Assembly: GCA_041641295.1 (NCBI GenBank)
Contig: JBEPYO010000001.1
Location: 485,262-517,261 of the forward strand
Source of the DNA: Nitrososphaerota archaeon
Lineage (GTDB): Archaea; Thermoproteota; Nitrososphaeria_A; Caldarchaeales; Calditenuaceae
Direction of reading: 5' to 3'
Length of the DNA: 32,000 bases
Of this stretch, positions 1-7,947 are shown one piece after another. The notes beneath the pieces were generated by a model. It made no database searches, was not told the origin of the DNA, and saw nothing but the letters and a program-made list of their open reading frames with translations. Each line of letters starts with the position of its first letter. Position 1 is the first letter of the stretch. The position numbers were made by a program, and so were the translations under genes.

Positions 1-1010
1 GGAACTGGTTGATGAGCGCTCTCGCTGTAGGATCCACAATCTTTCTCTATGATGGCGACCCAAATTATCCGGACTGGAGGACCATGTGGCGGCTTGTAGA
101 AGAACTTGAAATAACGGTCTTTGGCTGCAGTGCAAGCTACATAAACAATCTCAGAGGCTTGGCGGCGCGGCCGGGCGAGCTGCACAACCTCGAATCCCTC
201 AGGGAAATATCGCAGACCGGCTCGGCCCTTTCACCGGAAGGGTTTGAATGGATTTATACAATGGTTAAGAAGGACTTACACTTTAACTCCATTTCAGGCG
301 GTACAGATATAAATGGATGCTTCGCCGCCGGAAGCCCTATACTGCCGGTGTACGCAGGGCAGATCCAGTCTCCTGCCCTAGGTATGAAGATAAAGTGCTA
401 CAATGAAGAGGGCGAGCCCGTCCTAGATAGGGAGGGGGAACTTGTGTGCGAAGCCCCGGCACCATCGATGCCAATATATTTTCTCAATGACGAGGGGTTC
501 GAGAGGTATTTAGACGCATACTTCAGATTTTATACTAATAAGCGGGTCTGGAGGCACGGCGACTATGTCATATTCCACAGCGACACAGGGGGGATAACAT
601 TCTTGGGGAGAAGCGACGCCACACTTAAGCCCTCGGGCGTGAGGATAGGCACAGCTGAGATATACCGCGTGCTCGAGAGCTTTCCCGAGATAGTGGATAG
701 TCTTGCCGTGGGGCAGAGCTGGAGAGGGGATCAGAGGATAATACTCTTCGTCAAGATGGCTAAAGGATTTATGTTGACTGATGAGTTGATAGATAGGATT
801 AAGAAGGCTCTACGCGAGAGAGCTTCGCCGCGACATGTTCCTGCTATAGTCATAGAGGTACCTGACATACCTTACACGTTTAATATGAAGAAAGTCGAGA
901 TAGCGGTAGCGAATATAGTTAACGGGAGGAAAGTAACTAATAAGGCGTCGATAATGAATCCAGAGTCTCTTGATTATTTTGAGAAGATACTCCCTTTGCT
1001 CAGGGATTAG
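1..1010 (+). CDS. AMP-forming acetoacetyl-CoA / acyl-CoA synthetase, C-terminal ~333 aa (5' end outside window)
   Basis: The frame is open to the window edge. The translation carries the C-terminal half of the adenylate-forming family (WRHGDY, GRSDATLKPSGVRIGTAEIY, lysine loop PYTFNMKKVE). The LYDGDPNYPD...FGCSASY context is typical of acetoacetyl-CoA synthetases. Confidence 0.8.
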   Translation, partial: NWLMSALAVGSTIFLYDGDPNYPDWRTMWRLVEELEITVFGCSASYINNLRGLAARPGELHNLESLREISQTGSALSPEGFEWIYTMVKKDLHFNSISGGTDINGCFAAGSPILPVYAGQIQSPALGMKIKCYNEEGEPVLDREGELVCEAPAPSMPIYFLNDEGFERYLDAYFRFYTNKRVWRHGDYVIFHSDTGGITFLGRSDATLKPSGVRIGTAEIYRVLESFPEIVDSLAVGQSWRGDQRIILFVKMAKGFMLTDELIDRIKKALRERASPRHVPAIVIEVPDIPYTFNMKKVEIAVANIVNGRKVTNKASIMNPESLDYFEKILPLLRD

Positions 1011-1142
1011 TTCCACATTAGTAGCATCTAGTACTGTTAACTTTGCCCCTCTTTTTCAACCAACGTGGGCTTAGATGCGGGTTAAACCATATGGTCGCCC
1101 ATTCCATCATAGATATGTAGTATGTGGATAGGGTAATTACGG

Positions 1143-1592
1143 TTAGGTGGGGGTTTTCTGTTGTATTAGTTCTCTTGGCGTGCGTGTTTTTACGGGGAGT
1201 TTGTCTGCTTGGCCTGTTCTCCATGTTAAGTATAGCTGGACTTCTGGATTGTTGTCGAGCACCATTGCTTCAAGGGCATCCCTGTAGCTGAGCCCCCTCC
1301 CCAGATATCGCAGCATGTTCTCAATGTGCTCTTCCCAAGAGTCTGGGTGGGGTGGGAAAAGTATTCGATGCTCCTCGCTCTTTAGGTAGCTTAGGTATAA
1401 TTCCCGCCCGCTTCTTTCTCCTACGTGCCTTGAGACGGAGCCGACGAGGTCGAGCAGGGCATAGATTGTGACACCCTTTACTGAGCCTCTAAGCCTTCTG
1501 AGGGCTTCCTCGTTCTCGCTCCAGCGGGGGTCGTTCCTGAGTGCGAGGTGGTGGATGATTAGGACATCTGGGCCAATGACTATCAATCCCAA
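1143..1592 (-). CDS. putative PIN-domain (VapC-like) toxin
   Basis: This 149-aa ORF starts 9 nt after the RHH gene stop. An N-terminal hydrophobic strand ending in Asp (LIVIGPDVLI) and spaced acidic residues fit a PIN fold only loosely. The call rests mainly on the gene pairing. Confidence 0.4.
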   Translation of the reverse strand: MGLIVIGPDVLIIHHLALRNDPRWSENEEALRRLRGSVKGVTIYALLDLVGSVSRHVGERSGRELYLSYLKSEEHRILFPPHPDSWEEHIENMLRYLGRGLSYRDALEAMVLDNNPEVQLYLTWRTGQADKLPVKTRTPRELIQQKTPT

Positions 1593-1601
1593 TAGGCCAC
1601 C

Positions 1602-1868
1602 TCACTCCTCGTCGTCAACTTCAACCCTCGCTGGGCTGGGTGTGAAGATGAGGTCTTCGGGGTTTCCAGTTCTAGTTAGCCTGCCGCTCAGGTATAGTGC
1701 CGTGGCACGGGCCTCGGGCGAAGTCCTAGAATACCGGGCTAACAGCATCCTGATTGCGTCACTTATGGCCTCGCTCCTGTTTCTGAAGAGCCCCTCATTG
1801 CAGAGCTCGTCAATCCTCTTGACAAGGGCCGAACTGACCCTAACCTGTAAGAGTACAGTATCCGCCAT
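1602..1868 (-). CDS. ribbon-helix-helix (CopG/VapB-like) antitoxin / DNA-binding protein
   Basis: The N-terminus LLQVRVSSALVKRIDELCNEGLFRNRSEAISDAIRMLL is a textbook RHH (beta strand, helix, G/N turn, helix). It has an acidic C-terminal tail (VEVDDEE). A TATA-like TTTAATAA lies about 30 nt upstream on the minus strand. Confidence 0.65.
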   Translation of the reverse strand: MADTVLLQVRVSSALVKRIDELCNEGLFRNRSEAISDAIRMLLARYSRTSPEARATALYLSGRLTRTGNPEDLIFTPSPARVEVDDEE

Positions 1869-1948
1869 TCCAATCCCACCATACCATGTGAAGTATGATT
1901 ATTAAAGCATTTGAGATTATTCGCTGTTTTCGTATGGGGGAGAATATC

Positions 1949-1956
1949 TTTTTAAG
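1949..1956 (+). promoter_or_regulatory. TATA-like box (TTTTTAAG) for the wHTH gene
   Basis: This AT-rich octamer sits about 35 nt upstream of the in-frame ATG at 1990. The same octamer precedes pyrF-pyrE. The TTG start at 1957 in the ORF track begins immediately after this box, upstream of the likely transcription start, so it is unlikely. Confidence 0.4.
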
Positions 1957-1989
1957 TTGGGTTGTACATATTATGGTTTGAATACCCCT

Positions 1990-2397
1990 ATGCATGACTA
2001 TGTCAAGCTTGGTAAGTTGGAAGAGAGGGCCCTCAAGCTCCTACTTAAGCATGGGGAGAAGGGGCTCCTCCAGTCTGAACTCTGGCACTTATTGGGCATC
2101 ACCAGCAGGGATGGCTCGCGCGTGGCCATCAAGCTGGAGAAGAGGGGGCTGGTTAAGCGGGTTAGAGAGTTCGCAAATGATAGGTGGACTATGCGTCTAA
2201 TATCGCAGGTCAAGCTTCTGGATCTGAGCATTATTAAGGACGCTCCATGCCCTGCCTGCCCCTATAACGACTCCTGCGGCCCCTCTGGAAGCTATTCACC
2301 GACGGAGTGTGTATTGATAGAGTCTTGGCTCCTTAGCTTGGCCGATGCTAGGGCCAAGAAGGAGGAGACCACCGTTCAGACGCCGGTTAAGGCTTAG
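1990..2397 (+). CDS. winged-helix DNA-binding protein with C-terminal 4-Cys cluster (putative transcription regulator)
   Basis: LEERALKLLLKHGEKGLLQSELWHLLGITSRDGSRVAIKLEKRGLVKRV matches a wHTH pattern (H1-H2-turn-H3-wing). It is followed by CPACPYNDSCGPSGSYSPTEC. Confidence 0.6.
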   Translation: MHDYVKLGKLEERALKLLLKHGEKGLLQSELWHLLGITSRDGSRVAIKLEKRGLVKRVREFANDRWTMRLISQVKLLDLSIIKDAPCPACPYNDSCGPSGSYSPTECVLIESWLLSLADARAKKEETTVQTPVKA

Positions 2398-2405
2398 AGT
2401 AACTT

Positions 2406-2439
2406 TTTACACAGTTATGTCACCATTAAACTGTGTAAA
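2406..2439. promoter_or_regulatory. perfect 11-bp inverted repeat TTTACACAGTT-N12-AACTGTGTAAA (operator or terminator hairpin)
   Basis: Read directly from the sequence: arms at 2406-2416 and 2429-2439. It lies 9 nt after the wHTH stop codon and 10 nt upstream of the TATA-like box of the oxidase operon. Confidence 0.5.
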
Positions 2440-2448
2440 CAGTATTGG

Positions 2449-2456
2449 TTTATTTC
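2449..2456 (+). promoter_or_regulatory. TATA-like box (TTTATTTC) of cytochrome oxidase operon
   Basis: This AT-rich element sits about 35-40 nt upstream of the ATG at 2491. Confidence 0.35.
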
Positions 2457-2490
2457 TAACCCGAACCCTCAGAAGATGTTGAGCTAAGAT

Positions 2491-3126
2491 ATGGTTGCGA
2501 CCACCGTAGACATATTCACGTCTCTTTGGAGCATCTTCTCTACCCTCGGAGTTCTGGTAGGCGTTGTCGTAATGTCATACATGGTATATCTCATAGTTAA
2601 GAACCGCGCCAAGCCTGAGAAACCGGAGCCGGAGGACACGCCGAGGCCTGGCGAGCTCCCGCGGGAGCAGAAGGGTGCCAAAAAGCTTCTAATCTCAGTC
2701 GTCCTGAGCGCCTCCATCGTGATCACCCTAATCTCGCTCACATTCATAGCCCTTGACAATCTGGATAGGCCGCCAGCTGATGCCTTGGAGGTGAAGGTTG
2801 TTGCTTTTCAGTGGGGATGGAAGTTCATCTACCCCAACGGCTATGAGTCTGTAGGCGAGCTTAGAATACCGCGAGGAACCGCTGTCAAGCTCTATGTCAC
2901 AAGCCAAGACGTGTTCCACAACATAGGCATCATCGACTTGAGGCTTAAAGTGGACGCGATTCCAGGCAAGACCAATATAGGATGGACTAGAGTCTATGAG
3001 ACCGGTGTCTACGACATCAGGTGTTTTGAACTCTGCGGCGACGGGCATGGCGTAATGATAGGTAAACTCATCGTAATGGATCCTGGGGAGTTCAACTCAT
3101 GGTATTCCTCGCTGCAGGTGAGTTAG
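2491..3126 (+). CDS. coxB: heme-copper oxidase subunit II (CuA subunit)
   Basis: It has an N-terminal TM helix, FQWGWKF, and a complete CuA ligand set: H in DVFHN, then CFELCGDGHGVM (C-x-E-x-C-G-x2-H-x2-M). Confidence 0.9.
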   Translation: MVATTVDIFTSLWSIFSTLGVLVGVVVMSYMVYLIVKNRAKPEKPEPEDTPRPGELPREQKGAKKLLISVVLSASIVITLISLTFIALDNLDRPPADALEVKVVAFQWGWKFIYPNGYESVGELRIPRGTAVKLYVTSQDVFHNIGIIDLRLKVDAIPGKTNIGWTRVYETGVYDIRCFELCGDGHGVMIGKLIVMDPGEFNSWYSSLQVS

Positions 3127-3127
3127 G

Positions 3128-5455
3128 TTGGATCCCCACCAGCTCCCACCTTCCCACTCAATCAAGAGGTGGCTACTGACAACAAACCATAAAGACGTCG
3201 GAATACTATACCTCGTGACTTCTCTATACTTCTTGATTGTAGGCGGTGTGTTAGCCCTACTCTTTAGGCTACAGCTAGCTGGGCCTGGACTTAACATACT
3301 TTCTCCTCCAGCTTTCAACCAAGCGGTAACTATCCATGGATTGGTCATGGTTCTCTTCGTAGTCTCCCCACTAGCATTCGCCTTGGCTAACTATATTGTT
3401 CCGCTCCAGATAGGTGCGCGGGACTTGGCGTTTCCGAGGCTCAACGCCCTGAGCTACTGGCTCTACCTCTTCGGAGGGTTGCTTGTTGTGATTTCTTTCT
3501 TCCAGGATAGGACGCTTGATGTTGGATGGACTCTATATCAGCCCTTGTCATCAGCCTTCTCGCCCTATGTCGGCGTAAATACGGGGGGTTTAGGGCTGGC
3601 GCTCCTAACGGCTTCTGTAACAGTTTCTACTGTGAATTTCGTTGTAACTATCTTCAGGTCGAGGGCTAAGGGGTTGAGGCTGACCGCTCTCCCCATGTTC
3701 ACTATAGGCATCCTACTCACCGTGTTGATGATGCTCTACGCATTCCCCGCACTACTGGCTGGAATAATTCTCCTAGCCTCCGACAGGATTCTGGGGACGG
3801 TATACTTCACCTCCCCACAGGGAGGAGCAATCCTCTGGGACCACATATTCTGGTTCTTCGGACACCCGGAGGTCTACATAGTCCTATTCCCCGCCCTGGG
3901 CGTCTTTGGAGACGTCCTAGTCACTTTTTCGAGAAGACCACTCTTCGCCCGGAGGATTATAATAGCGGCCATGGTTGTGGTTGCTACTCTGAGCTTCCTC
4001 GTCTGGGGACACCACATGTTCCTCACGGGCATGCACCCTGATGTGAGGAGGGCGTTCACGGTTACGACAATCGCGATATCCCTGCCCTTCGATGCGATAA
4101 TCCTCTCATTCATCTACACTTTGGCTAAGGCCAGGATTGAGCTTAGGACGCCCATGCTCTTCGTGCTCGGCTCAATAGCAATATTCATCATAGGCGGGAT
4201 CACCGGGGTTTTCTTGGGCTCCATCGCTCTAGACTATGTCCTGCGAGGCACGTACTTTGTCGTGGCTCACTTCCACTACACGATGGCTGGAGGTGCTTTA
4301 GTGGGGCTGATAGCGGGTGTATACTACTGGTATCCCAAGATGACTGGGAGAATGTTTAGCGAGAAGCTGGGTAGGCTCCAGTTTGTACTGACCATGATAG
4401 GATTCAACATGCTCTACTTCCCACTCTTCCTTTCATGGGAGATGCCGAGGCGCGTCCCCCTATACATCGAGAAGCTCATGCCTCTACAGCAGATCGCAAC
4501 AATCGGCGGGTTCATTTTCGCAACATCGTTCCTCGTCATGTTCTGGAACCTGCTATACAGCCTAAGATATGGAGAGCCTGCTGGCAAAAATCCATGGGGG
4601 GCTCACACGCTGGAGTGGATGACTGAGTCTCCACCACCGCCCCACAACTTCGACGGCACCCCAACCTTCGCTGATGGGAGGCTATCCTTCATAGCGGCAA
4701 ACGGCGCAGCTCACGGCGAGCCTGAGACACATCTTAGCCCCTGGCCCTTCATGCTAAGCCTTGCCTCGTTTGTAGCCCTGCTGGGTTTGACGACGCATAT
4801 TCTAATATCGGTCGCTGGTGTGGGCTTGCTTGCCTTCTCGGTCCTAGGCTTCGCTGGTGAGAGATTTGTTAGCCGTGAAGAAGCCCTCGGCGAGAGGTGG
4901 CCATTCGAGCATGTAGATAGGATGAAGCTGGCCTGGTGGACATTCATCTCTTCTGAGGTCGTGCTCTTCGGGGTTATTCTCAGCGCCTATGTCTATGTGA
5001 GAACCGCGTCAGCTACTTGGCCTGCCCCTGGGACGCTTCTTGACATAAGCCACGGAGCGATGAATACGTTCATCCTCCTCACCAGCAGCCTAACGGTAGT
5101 TTTAGCGCTGGCCTCCTCGAGGGTGGGCAACAGGGTGGGAACGGTTGGATTCCTAGCAGCCACGCTATTCCTCGGCACCCTCTTCCTATTCAACAAGTAT
5201 AATGAGTGGTCTGAGCTCTTCAGCCACGGCATAACATTCTCCAGCAGTCTACCTGCGTCAACCTTCTTCCTAACTACAGGAATCCACGGAGCACACGTCT
5301 TTGCAGGACTCCTCGCGCTAGCCTATCTCTTGGCTCGGGCGTTGAGGGGGGCCTACATTGGCAAGGGTCACGAGACTCTAGAGTACTTCGGATACTACTG
5401 GCACTTCGTCGACATAGTTTGGGTCTTTATCTTCCCGCTCTTCTATCTGGTGTGA
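3128..5455 (+). CDS. coxAC: heme-copper oxidase subunit I fused to subunit III (SoxM-type I+III)
   Basis: Subunit I motifs are FFGHPEVYIV, VWGHHMFLTG and VVAHFHYTMAGG. About 200 further aa of subunit III-like helices end in YWHFVDIVWVFIFPLFYL. The TTG start lies 1 nt after the subunit II stop. Confidence 0.9.
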   Translation: MDPHQLPPSHSIKRWLLTTNHKDVGILYLVTSLYFLIVGGVLALLFRLQLAGPGLNILSPPAFNQAVTIHGLVMVLFVVSPLAFALANYIVPLQIGARDLAFPRLNALSYWLYLFGGLLVVISFFQDRTLDVGWTLYQPLSSAFSPYVGVNTGGLGLALLTASVTVSTVNFVVTIFRSRAKGLRLTALPMFTIGILLTVLMMLYAFPALLAGIILLASDRILGTVYFTSPQGGAILWDHIFWFFGHPEVYIVLFPALGVFGDVLVTFSRRPLFARRIIIAAMVVVATLSFLVWGHHMFLTGMHPDVRRAFTVTTIAISLPFDAIILSFIYTLAKARIELRTPMLFVLGSIAIFIIGGITGVFLGSIALDYVLRGTYFVVAHFHYTMAGGALVGLIAGVYYWYPKMTGRMFSEKLGRLQFVLTMIGFNMLYFPLFLSWEMPRRVPLYIEKLMPLQQIATIGGFIFATSFLVMFWNLLYSLRYGEPAGKNPWGAHTLEWMTESPPPPHNFDGTPTFADGRLSFIAANGAAHGEPETHLSPWPFMLSLASFVALLGLTTHILISVAGVGLLAFSVLGFAGERFVSREEALGERWPFEHVDRMKLAWWTFISSEVVLFGVILSAYVYVRTASATWPAPGTLLDISHGAMNTFILLTSSLTVVLALASSRVGNRVGTVGFLAATLFLGTLFLFNKYNEWSELFSHGITFSSSLPASTFFLTTGIHGAHVFAGLLALAYLLARALRGAYIGKGHETLEYFGYYWHFVDIVWVFIFPLFYLV

Positions 5456-5465
5456 GGTGAGTGAG

Positions 5466-5738
5466 ATGCGCGTGTGGGTGTACTTATCGGTCTTCGCCGC
5501 CCTGGTCTTGATGACTGTTCTGGAGCTGGTGCTCTTTAGTCTGCCGCTCCCGAGGCTTATCATAGACATGAGTATAGTGGGTCTGGCCGGTGGGAAGGCC
5601 ATCCTCATCGCCCTCTTCTTCCAACACCTAGCGTATGAGCCGAGAAGCCTGTCGGCTTTCGCCCTACTGGGGTTAGGAAGCGTGGTGGCCTTCCTCTTCC
5701 TCAGCGTATACTCAATAATCGGGATTGTGTTTAGATAG
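5466..5738 (+). CDS. small cytochrome oxidase subunit IV-like membrane protein
   Basis: It has three hydrophobic helices and GKAILIALFFQHL, which resembles the prokaryotic Cox IV (K..L....FMHL) signature. GAGGTGA lies 5 nt upstream of the ATG at 5466. The alternative GTG at 5457 begins 1 nt after the coxAC stop. Confidence 0.65.
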   Translation: MRVWVYLSVFAALVLMTVLELVLFSLPLPRLIIDMSIVGLAGGKAILIALFFQHLAYEPRSLSAFALLGLGSVVAFLFLSVYSIIGIVFR

Positions 5739-5761
5739 TTTCTGAGGGTGGTGGGCTTTCT

Positions 5762-5854
5762 ATGAGGAGCGCCTATCTTGTGGCGGTCTTCGCGGGTCTG
5801 GCCGGGCTGGTGCTTGTAGTTCTGCTGCTCTGGAGGCTGGTCGGAGGCCTATAG
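5762..5854 (+). CDS. 30-codon single-TM micro-ORF (MRSAYLVAVFAGLAGLVLVVLLLWRLVGGL)
   Basis: Found by hand; it is below the ORF-track cutoff. The ATG is preceded by GAGGGTGGTG. The product is one hydrophobic helix directly downstream of the oxidase genes on the same strand. Its 3' end overlaps the polB stop convergently. Confidence 0.35.
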   Translation: MRSAYLVAVFAGLAGLVLVVLLLWRLVGGL

Positions 5855-7915
5855 CCACCTCTCAAGCCTAGCGTCTTTCGCTGGATGGTTTATCGAGGCT
5901 CCTATGGCCTCGAAGACCGTCTCCGCCGCCCTCCTGAGATAGGCCCTGTAGTACTCCTTGTCGTATCTCCCCCTGAAGAGCTGTGTGGCCCTAACCCTGA
6001 GGAGGGGGTTTGGATGGCTCTGCGAGGTGATTATGAATCCGACCTCCATCCCCTTCTCAAGCCTTATCCCGAGGGCTTGGAGCTGGGTGGCTGCGGACGA
6101 TTGGGCGAGGCCGCGGCTATACTCTCTTGGGTCTTTTCCCAGCGTCTTCCTTATCTCAAGCTCCTCGACACCTAATCCGCCGTCGATGAGCCCTTCATAC
6201 TCTTCCAGCAGCTTGACGCCCTCCTCAACACCGCGAGTAAGGACCTCTCCGACACTGTCGAAGGACATGAGGGTTCTGATGAGCCGCTCCTGAAACTCCT
6301 TCACTATGGCCGGCGTGTCACTCCTTCTAAGCTCTATACCCCGCGCCTCAACCACCCCTTCGTAGGTTAGGCCGAAATACCTCTTTAGGGCCGGCGTGTC
6401 AGGGTCTGTCCTTAGGCGTGGGAAGGCTATGAACTTGAAGTGCCGGTCGAGGGACATGGGGAGCCCCGTTGCCGCCGATATCTCCTCTGCAAGCCTCTCG
6501 TAGTCCCTCCTCGACGCCCCATTCCTATGGACGAAGAGGGAGTCCACGTCGCCGTAGACTATCTCGAAGCCGTTCTCCTCGGCAACCCACTTGCTTATGA
6601 GCATCGCCTCCCTCGAGACCCTGTTTATCTCCTCGAATGCGAGGGTGTTTCCGAACCTGTTCCAGCAGCAGCCGCTTATCCCATACTGGGTGCAGAGTAT
6701 CAGCTTGAGGGCCTCTATCCTCTCCGTGCAGTAGAGCTCCTCGTCGCTTAGTGGTGGTAGGGTTTTCCTGAGCCTCTTGAGCCTGAGCCGCCTCTCAAGC
6801 CACGGCCGCAGGATTGAGGGTATGAGCCTCCCACTGCCCGAGGGGCTCTCATAGCTTATCCTATGCTTCAGTATGATGCTGGGGTATTGGGAGTCGAAGT
6901 CTAGGGCTGCCACGTTCTCGTGGAGGCCTGGCTTGGGCGTGAATGTCACACCGCCCCGGTCGCGCTCCAAGAGCTCAACCAGACATCTCACCTCCTCCAT
7001 ATACTCGAGCCTCGGCGCGTGGATGCCCATCCTCGCGAGCTCGTAGAGGTTTCGCGAATCAATACACCTGTTGCTGGTCCACCTAGTCGCTAGGCCTAGT
7101 GTCGTGAAGGAGAAGCGGGCCCTCTCAACAAGACCCGCGAGACCATACTCGTCAGGCTCGAAGCCGTAGAAGACATCTCCCAAAAAGACCCTGCCAGCAG
7201 CCGAGCCCTGAGAGAGCCTCCAAGCATCAAGACACCTCCCAACAGCCCTACGGACCTCGGGGCTCGCCAGCCACTCCATAAACGGTCCACAAGAACCACG
7301 ATGAAGGCCGGGAACATAGATTAGATCTGGGTCAAGGCTGGCGATCAGCCTCACCAGCTCTTCCAAGACCCTGTCCTCAGAGCCTTCAACCCACCAGGAG
7401 CTCCTGGCACGCTGTATATGCAGGCCAGCCAACCTCGCACCCGAGTATCTCGGCAAAATCTTTAGGAGTGAGAATGGGGGTGGTCTGATCTCGTCCAAGT
7501 CCTCTAGGCGTTCGGCGGAGACTATCCTGTCCCCCGAGACCGTGAAGACTGCGCGGCTGGATGGCTCGATCTGTAGGCGGTTGAATAGGTATCTCTGGAC
7601 GTGGGGGAGGTCGTCGCCGTATGTCTCCACCGCTAGACCACTACGCTTGACTAGCCTTGAGACGCGGCCGATGCTCCTCGCGCAGAAGGACTCTATCCTC
7701 ACCAGACACCTCCGCTCTGTATTCCTCAGGCCTACAAGCCCCTCGACAACCTTGACACTTCTGACAAGGGGTGACTGCTCGAGGAGCTGGACCAGCTCCC
7801 TCAGAGCCTCGACACTCCGCGGCTCAGCGAGGATGTGTGGGCGATACTCGTCGACCAGTCTCAGAGCCTCTCCGCTAGGCGTCTTAACCCACACAACCGC
7901 CTCGTCGTCTAGCAC
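5849..7915 (-). CDS. polB: family-B DNA polymerase, PolB2-like, exonuclease motifs lost (true 5' end probably upstream of 7915)
   Basis: Polymerase motifs are LDFDSQYPSII (motif A), KLILCTQYG (motif B, degenerate), VYGDVDSLF (motif C) and LKRYFG (KKRY-like). At the Exo I position it reads LLKILPRYS in place of FDIE. At Exo II it reads DPDLIYVPGLHRGSCGPFMEWL in place of YNGDSFDFPYL. Confidence 0.85.
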   Translation of the reverse strand: MLDDEAVVWVKTPSGEALRLVDEYRPHILAEPRSVEALRELVQLLEQSPLVRSVKVVEGLVGLRNTERRCLVRIESFCARSIGRVSRLVKRSGLAVETYGDDLPHVQRYLFNRLQIEPSSRAVFTVSGDRIVSAERLEDLDEIRPPPFSLLKILPRYSGARLAGLHIQRARSSWWVEGSEDRVLEELVRLIASLDPDLIYVPGLHRGSCGPFMEWLASPEVRRAVGRCLDAWRLSQGSAAGRVFLGDVFYGFEPDEYGLAGLVERARFSFTTLGLATRWTSNRCIDSRNLYELARMGIHAPRLEYMEEVRCLVELLERDRGGVTFTPKPGLHENVAALDFDSQYPSIILKHRISYESPSGSGRLIPSILRPWLERRLRLKRLRKTLPPLSDEELYCTERIEALKLILCTQYGISGCCWNRFGNTLAFEEINRVSREAMLISKWVAEENGFEIVYGDVDSLFVHRNGASRRDYERLAEEISAATGLPMSLDRHFKFIAFPRLRTDPDTPALKRYFGLTYEGVVEARGIELRRSDTPAIVKEFQERLIRTLMSFDSVGEVLTRGVEEGVKLLEEYEGLIDGGLGVEELEIRKTLGKDPREYSRGLAQSSAATQLQALGIRLEKGMEVGFIITSQSHPNPLLRVRATQLFRGRYDKEYYRAYLRRAAETVFEAIGASINHPAKDARLERWL

Positions 7916-7947
7916 GTATACGTCGAGGATCCAGCCCTCTATACTCC

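Noticed and set aside
1018-1224. 68-aa minus-strand ORF between the synthetase and the PIN-like gene.
   Set aside because: It overlaps the 3' end of the PIN-like ORF in another frame, has a His/Thr/Arg-rich composition, and has no start context or recognisable motif. It is likely spurious.
1468-1905. 145-aa plus-strand ORF antisense to the toxin-antitoxin pair.
   Set aside because: It is a Ser/Leu/Pro-rich low-complexity translation spanning two well-supported genes on the opposite strand, which is a typical shadow ORF.
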